The notes beneath the pieces were generated by a model that searched no databases, was not told the DNA's origin, and saw only the letters and a program-made list of their open reading frames with translations. DNA of 63,798 nt, counting the filler, from Asterionella formosa (taxonomy: Eukaryota): the NCBI GenBank assembly GCA_002256025.1. It is 4 parts of 4 records of this genome, joined end to end, with 100 filler letters (N's around TTAATTAATTAA, not from the genome) between each part and the next. Parts side by side here need not be neighbours in the genome. Positions count along the whole stretch, not along the records: positions 1 to 29,901 come from NKIB01000943.1; 3 more parts are not named here. The stretch is one strand, 5' to 3'. Below, one piece after another: positions 13,291 to 26,274 of this stretch; the stretch's first letter is position 1, and each line of letters starts with the position of its first letter. The position numbers and the translations under genes are program-made.

Positions 13291-13440
13291 CAGAATGGAA
13301 AGAGAAAAAGGTTTTCTTATGAAGATATGATGTACACCACCTCAAAAAAAGACTAAAATCATCGATCAGCCCATGATGAACCGGAAAGTAGAACCCGATA
13401 TTATCCAGAATATGCTCCATAGTTTCAACATTGCAACATT

Positions 13441-14410
13441 GAACTTTCCGGGTTACAATCCCGACTGTCTTCTATTTTTCCTAGTGCTTAGCTAGCCTAC
13501 GTCTTCAGTCTGTAGCTCTGCTGCCGACACCCTTCTCATTCACCATGTCCTCTTTGGACATTGCTGCTTCTTTCGCTTACCCCCTCCTCCACTCTTTTTC
13601 ATGCTCAACTTTCACTGTTAGACCTGCTGGTCAAATCAGTCAAATCCACCTGTCACTTGCTGAGGAAACGACTTTCGCCTACTTTGCGCGCCTCTGACAG
13701 CACATTTTTGAAACGACTGCTTATTTCTCCTCCCACAAGCTTCCTGTCCCTCTCTACCACTTCTAGTCCTGTCATTGTCACCTGGAAGACCCCAAGACCC
13801 TCCGGAAATTCCAAGAAACTGTTTTTTATAGCTGCGGCTCACACTCTCTGCCATCAGGTACCAAAAGCTGTAGGAATTTCACTTTCCTCTGATCTCTCTA
13901 CTGCATTGGCAATCCAATCTTCTCTTCTTGTCTCAACTCCTAATCTACCATTGGATTCATCATTTCATTAAGTATTGCTCATTTGTTTCTTGCCTAAGCC
14001 TATTACCAATCCGATTTTAGTCAGCAATGACACCTCAAAACAAGTCAAGGATGCCAGCACTGTCAAGACCTCCCTTCCAGCAATAATATTCTTCCATCCC
14101 TGTGTTTCCCATCTCTCTCTCTCTCTCTTCCATGGCATACAACACATCACATTTCTATTCAAGTTTTTCTCCAGCACTGCTTTAAAGCTGTTTCTCATCA
14201 CTCAATTTATTCACCATACTTTACGAGCCACATGGGCTCCATGCCTGACTCACACCTATTACAGTTAAAAGATTTCTCCTTCACACTCCAAGGGCCACAT
14301 GGGCTCCTTGCCTGACTCCAGTGACCTACATCAACAAATACTGGCCTTCTTGGCCAGAGTGTGACCCAACGAGCTCCACTATAGTCAACGCGTCCATAAA
14401 AAATTTCTTA
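13441..14410 (+). pseudogene. C/T-rich degenerate unit of unknown family (copy 1)
   Basis: Shares its 5' end (CTTTCCGG..TAGTRCTT..CACCATG), internal ATGGGCTCCTTGCC and 3' end (GCGT..ATAAAAA.TTTCTTA) with 58573-59990; ORFs are broken. Confidence 0.4.
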
Positions 14411-14600
14411 GCATCTATCTAGAGAGTACGCACCGGTGTAATAAAAAATATTATGAATTATTTAATACTACTATATGTATGTATGTACCGGTATGGTGGA
14501 GTAGACACCAAGGAAAAGACCTTCAATCTGTTCTCATTGATCTGTTCCTCGTTCCAACACTTCCGGTTGTTTCTACATAAATATACAATCTCCCTCCATC

Positions 14601-15329
14601 ATGCCACCATCCATGCCACCATCATCGACAGCGCCTACTGCCAAGCAACGAAAAGTCAAACACCGCGAGGAACTCAAAAAGAAGGTCCCCAACAACGCTG
14701 GTTCTGTGGCTGTGCCACAACAGCAACAATTGCTTCCACCGTTGCTGCCCAGCTTCGGAGGAGGCATGTACGGCAGCGGCGGTATGTATGGAAGTGGAGG
14801 CATGTACGGAGGAGGCAGCATGATAGGAGGGCCTTTGTCTAGCTTGAATCAGGCTCTCTTCACTGTTCAATCCGTCATTCTATCCTTGGGCCAAGCCGTT
14901 CAGATTGTTGGAATGAACACAGCGGCCTTGCAACAATTGCTGGAATCGGCGGCTGCCATGATGAACCATGCCATTCATGTATACAAGGAACTTCGTGTAT
15001 TGGAGTTGGCGTCTCAGCAAACGGAGTCCTTGGAGGACAAGAAGAAACGACGGCGATTGAGGGCATTGCGATGGTGTATCATGGTGGGTGTGTCGTATGC
15101 GGCGTACAAACTGGTACGCGTGGCGTTATTTGGAGCATCTCGGAGAAGAAGAATAGACCAGCACTCTGCTACTACTGGTAGTAGTGGGTCACCGTTATCC
15201 ACATCGATAATGGCGCCGTATGCCAACCTCTACAATTCAACTTATAACCAGCCGCTGCCCCTTGGAGGATTGCAGGGTCCGTCGCCATTCGGCAGTGGCT
15301 ATTATGGAGGAGGGTCACCTTACTTTTAA
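14601..15329 (+). CDS. PEX13: Peroxin-13-like peroxisomal membrane protein (no SH3 domain)
   Basis: Intact 242-aa ORF: Pro-rich N-terminus, GGMYG repeats, amphipathic segment LNQALFTVQSVILSLGQAVQIVGMNT, and a hydrophobic segment WCIMVGVSYAAYKLV. Confidence 0.65.
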   Translation: MPPSMPPSSTAPTAKQRKVKHREELKKKVPNNAGSVAVPQQQQLLPPLLPSFGGGMYGSGGMYGSGGMYGGGSMIGGPLSSLNQALFTVQSVILSLGQAVQIVGMNTAALQQLLESAAAMMNHAIHVYKELRVLELASQQTESLEDKKKRRRLRALRWCIMVGVSYAAYKLVRVALFGASRRRRIDQHSATTGSSGSPLSTSIMAPYANLYNSTYNQPLPLGGLQGPSPFGSGYYGGGSPYF

Positions 15330-15386
15330 GTAATTTAACTTACTTATAGTTCCACAAAATAGATCCATCTATTATGAAGACTAATT

Positions 15387-16892
15387 TCAACTAGACGTAT
15401 TGCCTTGAGATGGTCCTGCACATTCTGCAACAAACTCATCAATTGTCTTGATCAAAGCTGCCTCGTCGAAATCACCAGTAAATACACAGTTGCCGAGGCC
15501 TCCCTTTAACAAAATCAATCTCCACTGTCCATTGGCAACTTTCTTGTCACCAGCCATGAGTCTCAAAAATGTATCTCTATCCATGGGCGAATCTACTGGA
15601 AGTTCTGTTGGCAACTTGGCTTGTTGCAATATACCATAAATTCGTTTCACCAGCACGGCATCAATCCATTTCATTTCAGCACTCATTGTTGCTGCCATGG
15701 CTGTCCCAATGGCTACAGCTTCACCATGTAACCAGGTTCCGTACCCACTTCCATTTTCAATGGCATGACCAAAGGTATGACCCAAGTTTAGCGTCGCACG
15801 AAGGCCGGCCTCCTTTTCATCTGCTTGCACAACAGCAGCTTTGTTTTCACAGGATCGTCGAATAGCATACCGAAGAGCGGCTGGGTCTCGACGAAGAATA
15901 TCTTCCATGTGTTGTTCTTGCCACTCAAAGAACTCGGCATCGCGGATAAGACCATATTTGATAATTTCGGAAATTCCGGATTGAAGTTCTCGGTCGGGGA
16001 GGGTTTCTAAAGTGTTGGTATCGACAAAGACACATTCTGGTTGATGAAAGGAGCCAATCATATTCTTTCCTAAAGGATGGTTGACACCTGTCTTGCCGCC
16101 AACAGAGCTGTCGACCATGGCCATGACGGTTGTAGGGACCTAATAAGGAGCAAGGTCTGGTGTTTTAGAAACACCATGGGGAGAAAAAAGTCAAACGTCA
16201 GAAACCTCAAATTGCGTACCTGAATAAAGTTGACACCTCTCAAATAAATAGCACTAGCAAAGCCCACCATGTCTCCAATCACACCACCACCAAGGGCAAC
16301 AAAGGTTGCTTTGCGGTCCAAACCCACCTTGAGGGCCTTGTCGAGGATCATTCCCATGACCTCTAGGGACTTATTTTCTTCGCCGTCGGGTAGAACCAGA
16401 GTATGGACTTGGATCGTCCCACCTTGTTCCAACAGCGTCTTGTACCGTTCGAGATACATGGGGGCGATGCGGTCGTTGGTAATCAAAAGCGCTTGTTTTC
16501 CGGTAATGTGTGATTGCAGCAGTTTGGATGCTAATAAATCCAAGAGACGTGTTTTGTTTCCATTGATTTGTAGAAACACAAGGCTCCGTTTGAGCAAGAG
16601 ACAAACGTCGCGGAACATACATGACCTAACAAAAACACAACTCACCTTCCTCATCCGAAAATCCTGCACCAATGTAAATTGGATAATCTCTGCCTTCCGA
16701 CAGGTCAACCTTGACAATTTCATAGTCAGTGGCAGCCGATGTGCTGCTCAAGGACATTATGCTTGTCTTCGGGACGCCCAACTGTCGAGCAGCCGTGGGT
16801 GAAAAAGAAAATGCAAGAGTGCTGCGTGCTGATACCAACAACAGCAGTGAACAGAGCCACCGTTGACGAGCAGTAATCATATTGGACTTCAT
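15387..16892 (-). CDS. aroB: 3-dehydroquinate synthase, plastid-targeted
   Basis: Exons 16892-16646, 16530-16220, 16139-15387 with GT-AG introns. Motifs [70 protein letters not shown]. Signal peptide ends TLA|FSF. Alternative start at 16898. Confidence 0.97.
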
Positions 16893-17353
16893 GTGCATGG
16901 AGGGTTATTGCTATTGATCCAGTGTATGCAGCAAGTTGTAATTTAATAAAGTACACTATAAAGCTCCACAGTACAGTAATAATGACTTTCAGTGGGAACG
17001 GAAATGATGGAGCTGAAATGAAATTCGAGTCGAATGATGTCAGTAGCAATAATTAGCTCTCATTGCTTGGTTTCTGTTGTTGTGATGTGCGGCAGAACAA
17101 GATTGTCTCGGAGGGAATCTCCAATATTTCGGGCGGGTGGTATTGCTCGTGAAGCAATCATGATGGAACGAAGAATTCCTAGTGCGGGCGCCGTGCAGAC
17201 CTCAGTCCTACCCCAGGTAGTTTTTATGTTGGATATACTGGGTATCTCTATATTCGGTACACTTCCAGGTACCGTACAAGCAGTCCCGAGATTTTCTGGG
17301 CCAAGCGCAAATCAACGCCAGGCAAGTATATTTCTTTAGAAAAAAGCAATTAG

Positions 17354-18166
17354 CTATCTAATCAAATCATTTTCCGTATAAGCCTGACCGATATGAACTG
17401 ATGCATCTCCTATGAGTCCATCTTTTGTAGCCCGATCTTTGCATGCCTTATATGCATTCACCATTGCCTCTTGTACCATTCGACACTTGCCGGCCTTGCT
17501 CAGAATTTCCCCGTTCACATCCAAGGTGACTGAGCAATGATGAATGGCGCAAACAGCTGCAATATCATTTGCTGAGGAAGAAAGTCTTGTCGAACGAACT
17601 GGTGCCGAAACAAATGGTTTCCCCGAGACACCCAACTGCCCTTCTCCACCTTTGCCAAAGGTATATACATCTCGTTGATTCTCTGACAGTATCACTGTAT
17701 GGTCATCACCCAATGCGACATGGCGTACATGCTTATTTCCTGATGTTTTCTCCATTACATTTGCAATAAAATGGTTGACTACAAATTGATTTCTCCATAT
17801 CCGGCCTCCCTCCCATGTATAGCCCGCTGTACCACCAGATGCTGATCCTAATCCTAATTGTTGCCATCGATCACATCCAGTGACATATAGATCATGTTGT
17901 TTCGTTAGAATGACCGAGTGACCACTTTCGCGACTCCCCCCAACATATACAGCTTTGGGATCGACAATGATATGGTCATCACAAGTTGTAATCATGGTGG
18001 GGACAAGACGATGTTTTGTAGTAGTAGTAGTTCTCCCCAATTGACCCATGGCATTGGATGTTCCCCATGTATAGACCATTCCATCATGACTAATTCCAAT
18101 GAAATGATTTGAACCATCACCCATAGACTGTGCTATATAAGCAAAGGATGGCGCTGCTGTCTTCAT
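17354..18166 (-). CDS. RCC1/BLIP-II repeat protein
   Basis: RCC1-like repeats: VYTWGTSNAMGQLG, GHSVIL..LYVTGCDRWQQLG, VALGDDHTVIL..VYTFGKGGEGQLG. Confidence 0.85.
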   Translation of the reverse strand: MKTAAPSFAYIAQSMGDGSNHFIGISHDGMVYTWGTSNAMGQLGRTTTTTKHRLVPTMITTCDDHIIVDPKAVYVGGSRESGHSVILTKQHDLYVTGCDRWQQLGLGSASGGTAGYTWEGGRIWRNQFVVNHFIANVMEKTSGNKHVRHVALGDDHTVILSENQRDVYTFGKGGEGQLGVSGKPFVSAPVRSTRLSSSANDIAAVCAIHHCSVTLDVNGEILSKAGKCRMVQEAMVNAYKACKDRATKDGLIGDASVHIGQAYTENDLIR

Positions 18167-19198
18167 TGGTCTTGTCTAATATTCTCAATTGTAATAATTA
18201 CTCAAGAATGTTGGATGAACAAATCACAACTGATATTCGAAAGAAATCAATCACTGACGACAGTCACACATAATAATATTCTTTTTTGAGTTGTTCCCTT
18301 TGCTTAGCTATCGTCGAGTTGTCGTAGGTAACAGGTCTCTATATGGGAGAGGCGCGACGATGGTGAAGGACTCGTGCATAACTGTTGATGGGAGATGTTG
18401 TGAACGGTAGCTAAGCAGGTAATTTGCTTTTCACTGAGTCATCAAAACAGAAATACTGGTACTACTGGTATTTGGAGTACCTGGTACGTCTAATTATTAT
18501 TACCCCCTGTAAATTTCATCAGCCAGCAAGCAGCAAGGTGGCTGTCGTATGATGACAATGATGTAGCTGGATGATGCACTCGTACGACATATGTACGGTT
18601 ACACGAGAATAGAATGTCACCATATATACCAAGAATACCAACCGGTATACCGGTATTCATTACTAAGTTCGACATCAACGCACAGCCTAAACAAATAACA
18701 AACACATCATTCTGACAATGGTAACGGTAGACCTAGTCTACGTACCTGGTGGTAGTGGATGGTGCATTAGGTAATCGTCTACCAGAGATACATACCGGTG
18801 GTAGATACCCTAAATTCTAAGTCAATGGCGTCTCGCTCATCCTGATCGTAATCACGATACTGCTCTACCAGGTTACCGTAGCACCGTCAAAGTCCTCGTT
18901 GACACCAACCTAGAGGAAGGGCCGTTAGATATGCACACTGGTTTACCAGGTACCAGTACTCTAGCTCTGCAAAAAAACCCTTCACAATGATGATGGTACC
19001 GTCATTTCTATCACAAGCGTTTCTCGGTATTCTCATTCACTCCACCGTATCACAAGATCTACCGGTAGACAAGTTCATTATCTATCAGTAGTGGAATTCC
19101 AATTAAACAAACATGAACATTGTGTACGTATCCTTTATTTTGGTTGGTTCCGTGTGTCTCTTATAGTAATTAATGCCCATTCGTGTCATGCCTATTAT

Positions 19199-19612
19199 TT
19201 AGTTAGGATCAGCAAGTGGAGGAGAAAGGAAAAGAATCAAACCAGCAAGAGCAATGATTCCAAAGACGGGGAACAAGTAGCCTCCAAAATCAGTAACTTG
19301 GGAAGCAATAAGCTGAGTGTTGGCAGCAGCAGAAACCGCCGATTGTTCCATAATGGATCCATCAATCATCATCTTGGGGGCTGTGCGAGATGCAAACGCA
19401 GGTTTGGCTGTCATGTGTGTGTTTATAAATAGACAAGGTGTGAGCGACAAATTTCCAATAGAGAGAAAATGATTATTATGAATCATCCTTCTTAAACAGC
19501 TTAAACAAATCACACCGCCCGACAGTAACTTACCAACAGCACGGTTGGCTGGAGACACAAATGCCTGAGCGGCCACAACAATAAGAGCGAAGACGACGAC
19601 GGTGCGGATCAT
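19199..19612 (-). CDS. Small plastid-targeted single-transmembrane protein
   Basis: Exons 19612-19534 and 19407-19199 (intron GTAAGT..AG). Signal peptide MIRTVVVFALIVVAAQA|FVSP, transit peptide, then C-terminal TM DFGGYLFPVFGIIALAGLILFLSPPLAD. Confidence 0.8.
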   Translation of the reverse strand: MIRTVVVFALIVVAAQAFVSPANRAVGKLLSGGVICLSCLRRMIHNNHFLSIGNLSLTPCLFINTHMTAKPAFASRTAPKMMIDGSIMEQSAVSAAANTQLIASQVTDFGGYLFPVFGIIALAGLILFLSPPLADPN

Positions 19613-20675
19613 GATGTCTATTGTAGTTTGTAGTAATAATAATTGATGGATGGAATATGAAAGTGTTGCGGCTGCAAACAAAAACACAAATGAAAGCACT
19701 CTTTCACACTGCTGCAAAGATGGGAAACGCACCAATTATCCACATGTATAGTAACTGTACGAATGCCGGTAGTATTCTTGAGTCGTAGAAAACTACGCAC
19801 GTCGTCAGTGAAAGATCTGCACCTCAATTTCCGGGTTCAAATAAGATTTGTCTGTCTTTTGTAGTTCGGGCACTAGAAAATTAAGTCATTTTGGAAGAAG
19901 GCAACAGGCCGTCGTTGGTCAGGTGGATCGTAATTTCGTCATCAGGGCGCTCCTGCCTGCCTGCTTGTTCTCCTCGTCGTCGTCTGCCTTTTCCAAGAAG
20001 GACTAATTTGCCTGTCCACCACCCGTTTCCTGCCACCAACAAATATTATTGGGAAAAAGCAATCGCTCATGGGTGGGGGAGCAACACTTTGTCCCCCTCA
20101 TAGTGGTAGTCAACTGTAGCTGGTTTCTGGAATAGGGTATACAGGTAGGCACAGCAAGCAGCGTCCAGACCCATCATCGTGTGGTCGCATCAGGCGGTAC
20201 AGTACTACTGGGTATATGACATTCGCGTCACTCACAGGTACCTGGTACCTGGTACCGGTAATTTACTTCATTTTTCTTGCACACGTTACATCTTGTAATC
20301 TTGTATGCCACATGGAATCGCAAATGGAGAATTTATTTATTCATACCAGGTAACCGAGGAACTGCCACCATCGACCTGATCGTGCAAGCACTACATGCGC
20401 TATTATTTCCCTTGTCCAGAGCAAAATTGGATTGATCAATCGATCTGTTGATCGATCTGTTCAAGATACTAACATAGCAGTGGCTGCGACAGTCCAGCCC
20501 GCACTTTGCATACCCTAACATACACATACCTTCCTGTATATATTGAATGACCCATCGGAACTGTGATCTGTGATTGAGCCCACCACGTGACAAGAAAACG
20601 ACTTGAACCCCGCCCACTCCAGGCAACGGGACCAGGGTACTACCGTCTATATCCGACACTATCACGAACAAAGAA

Positions 20676-22570
20676 ATGTCCAGCACGCCTCCTCCACCGG
20701 CTCCCCGAGAAGTTGCTGCTGGCCTTGTCAATCTTGGAAACTCTTGTTATATGAACGTTGTTCTCCAAGCTCTCGCTCATGCTCCAGAACTGATGCTTGC
20801 CTTGGATTGTGAATCACATTGTGCGACTTGTCCAACGTATCTAGCCAACTTGGACAACCAGCGGAACTCTCCGTCTCCTCCCGCAGCAGCAGCAGCAGTA
20901 GCATCAGCAACAGTACAACGCGGAGGCGTTCGCAAGTCACGTCGAACGTCGCCACCAACTAACAGCAATACCAACGACAGCATTGACGACAACACCTTGT
21001 TCTGTACTCTGTGTGAATTGGAATTACACTTGAAACTTGTACATGCTGCAGTATCTCAAAATGTGGCTCCATCGTCCTTTGTGCATGGATTTCTAAATCA
21101 TGTGGCCCCTTGGTTTAAACTTGGAGTGCAGGAAGATAGTCACGAGTTTCTAAGATTGCTGATTGATGCCATGCAAAAGTCTTGTGATGCTGCCAGAGCC
21201 AACAAGACGAGGACTGATACGAGCAATGACTGCACTCAGAACGCCACGGAATACCCATTCAAGCTCTTTCGGGGGACTGTGGAATCGAACGTCGTCTGTG
21301 ATTCATGCCATGCCACCAGTGCCAAAATCGATCCCATTGAAGACATTGGATTGGAAGTTAGCAGAAACTCGGCGATAGGGAATAACCTATCGGACGTGCA
21401 TTCGGCGTTTGCCACCTTTTCGAGAGAAGAAGCGCTGGAAGGATACAAGTGTGACAAGTGCAACATTCTAGGATCAGCTAAGAAACAATCGAGATTGGCC
21501 AGCATCCCACCCATTTTCACACTACACCTAAAGAGATTTAGATACGGAAGTGATGGAAAGCCCATTGAACCATCCTCACGACGGGGAAGGGAAGTCAATC
21601 AGCTACTAGGAGCATCTGGGAGTGCCAAGATCGAAGGTCATGTCAAATTCTTGGAAATATTTGATCTCAAGCCATTCCTCACTGAAACGTTGCAGGCACA
21701 ACACAAGTCCATGTTTTGTAGACTCTTTGCGGTCATTGTGCATGCGGGCAAAAACTCACACTCGGGACACTACATCGCCTACGTTCGCAATTTGACCAAG
21801 AATGAATGGTGGAGGATGGATGACTCTCGTGTCACAAGAGCCACGTCAAATGACGTGCTCTCGGCAGAAGCGTACATGTTGTTTTATCGAGTTGTCGATC
21901 ACCCAGTTAGCAAGGAGTTGAGAGAAAAAGCGAGATGTTTCGATGAGACTGTCAAGGAAGAACCAATGAACAACAACAGTAATAATGATGATGAGCAGAA
22001 TTGCAGCATTGCGATCATTGATCACATCAACAACAGCAACAGCAACAATAATAGTAACAAGGCCAACAACAACATAAATAAACGCAAGCGACCTGAGTAT
22101 AGCAGCGGAGAAGAGTGGGCCCGACAAAAGACAAGACTTTCACCATCCCTATGCAAAGTCTTTCGACGGGCAGAGGAATTTATATCTGATCACATTGAAT
22201 TCAAACCGGAGTTCTTCAAGCTCATGATGGATGAAGCAGAAGCCGGACGAAACAATGGACCATCCGGGATTTGTGGTGAGTGTTTTTGTTTTCTTTGTTG
22301 TGTTGTTTCTTGTATTTTGACAACCAACTAACTGAAATGTTTCTTTTGCTCCTCTTCCTTTCAGATGACGATGTCCTAGGTGGAGTTATGGAAAGGTTCC
22401 GGAATGCTCTATTGGAGCTCTTCCACAAAGTCGCTTCTCGCACTGGAGATGCTCAAACATTTCTTAAACCAGCCAAGGATATAGCAAAGGCTTCGCCTTC
22501 TTCGACTACTACAACTCCTACTATCAAGCCAATTATCGTTCCTGTTATCGACGATGGCGATTTGCTTTGA
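20676..22570 (+). CDS. Ubiquitin-specific protease (C19), USP36/USP42/UBP23-like
   Basis: Cys box GLVNLGNSCYMN, QEDSHEF, LHLKRF, His box HSGHY..MDDS. Exons 20676-22275 and 22365-22570 (GTGAGT..TCAG). Confidence 0.92.
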
Positions 22571-23307
22571 GAACCGGCAACTAATTTATAATCATGAATA
22601 TAAATATTAGTCAGTTTCGACGAAAGAACCAAACCATCCCTTCAATAATATGATAGAAGGCTCAGAATTCTTCATTGTGAAATCTTACATGAAGAAAAAT
22701 GTTTGATATTCCCTCCGTAATGTCGAGACCATTATTGACGCAGAGCTTTCGAGGACTTGAATTCAAAGTTTAACAAACAAAAATGCAACTACCGCGATGG
22801 TAAGAATTTAGATGAAGGCAAAAAGATGAGAGTACTACCGGTAGTTAAATCCAAGAATATCTATGTACTGCATTTGATGGATAATGAATTGGAGATGTAA
22901 ATGATTTTTTCCTTTTCATTTGAAGTGAACTGTTCACGAAGGTGACAGGATAGAACCTATGCATAAACTACTGGTCAATAATTGTTATCTCATACATATG
23001 AATTTTGCAGTTTGCATATTTGATGAAAAGTTGACTAAAGCCACTTCGAGACGAACACCGGCAAACGTACATACATTTAGAGTTTTTGCCAGTTCATATG
23101 GGCACTTTTTCTGGTTACCGCATTGCCTTTTTTATAATCATGACAATCATTCTCTCTCCTTCCAAAATGTATCAGTTCTTACGTTATCAACGAAAAAAGG
23201 TACGTAGTATTAAGTAGCTCCAGTCGCAGTTCATTTCTGTCCTTTGAATTAAAGCATCATCGGAAGGATATTGAACATTAAACTTAGGTATTGCTAACAG
23301 AAGACTC

Positions 23308-26274
23308 TCAGTCCTTCAGAGTAGTATAATAACTTGCATCGTCACCATCATCATAATACTCATCATCAAAGTACTCTCCATCTTCGAATTTGGCAACATC
23401 AGTGCAACTGGAGTGAGCTGTAGATATGCTGTCATCGACGCCATCGTCGGTTGGCAAGGTGTGTTGCAACCGACCAGTCGCAGGTTCTTGTGTCACAGCA
23501 AGCAAAGCTGAAATAGTAGATTGCTCAGTACTATCCACGGGCCGTTGGAAGTCTCCTTGGCTCGAAGACACAAAATGTTCCGAGGAGAGAGTTCGAATAG
23601 CGGACGATTGACCTGTCCCTATCACCCTGTAGTAGGACTGAAGGTTGCGTGTTGGACCAACTTGCGACTGCGTGTTTTGCGATGGAATTGTTTGCTCAGT
23701 GCCAAACGATTGAAAAGATTCCCCCAATACGCCTTCTGCTTTTGGGTTGGCAGATGACCGTATTGAGTGTAATGTTTCATTAGAATATTGGGTAAAACCT
23801 GCTGCCTTGTAATTTGAGGGAGGCATGTACTCAGATTGCCCCTCAATGAAGGCTCCAACCGACGACATCTCGTTGATCGAATGCATCGTAGACGACTTGG
23901 TTGATTCCCTCGTTGTTCTAGTTTGACTATCACTTGAAGATCGGATGAAGTAGTTTCGCCTGTCCTTATTCTCCAGCACCCGTATATTAGCGAACAATCC
24001 GGAAGTTGAATCTGGCACAGGAGTTGACGATGGATAGTTAGCTTCGTGTCGAGCAAAGTCCCGTCGGAAGAATGCTCTGCGACCACTTCGAGATTTCTTG
24101 GATCTTTCCTTGCCGTTTTTGTATTTTCGATTATCAGAGTCCTTAACTGGATAGATACCAAATTTCCCATCAGTATCATAGGAGTCATCTTGAACAGGAG
24201 CGTCGTCAAAACGGACTCGTCGTTTGGGTCGTAGAGATTTTGTGCAATCCTGAGTTGCAATCGCAGTGACGAAGAATCCAACACAAAACATGCAGAAACC
24301 AAGCAAAGGTAGGCAGCTCTCCCACAAGGTAACTTTGGAAGAAGCTTTTGGTCCAGAGGAAGACGAGGGTGTGGCGATTCGAGCGGGGTAATTAAAATTC
24401 CCAGTTTCGGCGCTTGGAAGGCCCATTGAAACAAATTGGTGAATTTCGACAGGTGTGGTATTGACAGGATTACCTTGAACACTCGGTAGAGGAGGACTTC
24501 CTCCATCCATTCCTTCTTGCAGGACTGGATGGCTAGTTATGTGCCCATTGCGACCTGTGCTGCCATCATCAATCTCATGGCCAAGGCCGGTTGAAGATTC
24601 CTCTCTGCGTGCTCCTGGTATCATAGAATTGGCAGTGATTTCAAAAATATGGCCAGACGCGGAAGCAGAGCCCTTCAGGTGACCCATATTGTTGGCCCTC
24701 GTGTCTAGACTGGACATTTCTTGGTGAAACAGGGTCACTCCTTCTGGACAATCACGTCTTTCGGCAAGGCCGATTCGATCGCGCTCAAGATCAAATATTA
24801 TCTCATGCTTCTGTAAAATATTCGCTCCAATCGATGAAGTTTCACCAAACACAAGGGTCGCTATAGCCGTTTCACCGTCATAAAGGAGATAATGAGATGG
24901 TGGTACTGCCAAAAGGATATCGTAAGGGTTATTGTGGTCATGGCGACCAACGAAACCGGGTAAGTCAACAGAAATTCCTCCCTGCTGCATGGCATGGGAC
25001 TAAATTTGTTTGAATGAATGAAAGAAATGTGAGTTTCTGAAAGAAAAACATTCCAATCAATAACGTAAATTCAGCGACGTAATACATACCTCAAATTGAA
25101 GCAAAACGGTTGGAAGCATCTCAAATTGATCACGACCGATCTTCATTTCTGGCTCGTACTCAATCCCAGTCATGCTATGAAAAGCTTTCTTGAATCCTGC
25201 TTCAATTGACTTGTGCAAACACGTCGTTGGAGTATTGGTCTGTATCAGTACAACCCCATCTTCACCATTCAATCCTGAATAGTCTACATTTGCGGACGAT
25301 CCTTGTACTTCCACCGCGTCAATTGGGACTGGATCCATGTCAATGGGAAGAATGGACATGGTACCTTGAGCCGCTCTTTGTAGAGCTTCGTCTCCACCAC
25401 CCAATCCCATATAGATTCTCCGAATATGAACGGCATAGGTAGAGAGGTGCTGTATGTTTGCTGTATTTTTTACCCACACCAGGGGTGTATCGAAGCGAGT
25501 TGGGTCGTATCCACCAAACGTAACTTGTCCAGCCGAAACACCGTTGGGTTGATAGTCTTGAAAGCCCCGAAAGCAGAGTGAGAATATCCGTTGCTTGATT
25601 TTGCCAGCAAGGTACATTTGATGTAGGAAAGATGTCGGTGCCGTGCTCATACCCAGAATGCCCCCAAGTGCAAGAGTCTCAGTGGACATGTCGCCCTTGA
25701 GTTCCGTCTGACAAACGAAGTCTAAGAGAAATCCGTTTGCCGAGGGTTTTTTACTTTGACTACCGGTATTGTCAAGAACAGGTGTATGTGCCGTATCAAT
25801 GTAGACTTGGCTTGAAATTTCAATGCCCTTGTATCCTCCGGTCATGTCGTCGAGAGGATCAAATGTAACCTTCACCATACACTGGTCAGTTCCATCTGTC
25901 TTTCCATCTAGACATCTGGATGATGCAAAGACACAGTCATCAGGACACATGTGTATGTCTCCACCCGAAAGATTGTAGTTGTAAGACTTATCCACCTGAT
26001 TCTCTACACCTTGGCAACCTATGCAAGGCAATGCAGTAAAGTCACTACCAGTCGAGACTGCCAAGCGAACAGGTTGGGCTGGATTTCCAATTTGCAGAGT
26101 AATATAGTGTGTGCCAAATCCCCGATGTGTAGATAGCTGTAGGGGTTGTTGCTGTTCCTGTTCCTGTTGCAGATAGCGATGATTGATCTGATGGCTTGCC
26201 AATAAATGGAACGTTGAAACAACCAGCAATGACAAAGCCGAAAGCCGAGCTGTGGTGCTGTTAATGGATAGCAT
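23308..26274 (-). CDS. Pepsin-like (A1) aspartic protease homolog, membrane-anchored, catalytic Asp residues absent
   Basis: Exons 26274-25090 and 24999-23308. Signal peptide; GTHYITLQIGNPAQ, VSTGSDF, GILGM, FSLCF, TFGGYD, IQTNTPTT, IGANIL..IIFDLERDRIGLA; TM helix; Ser-rich acidic tail. Confidence 0.85.
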
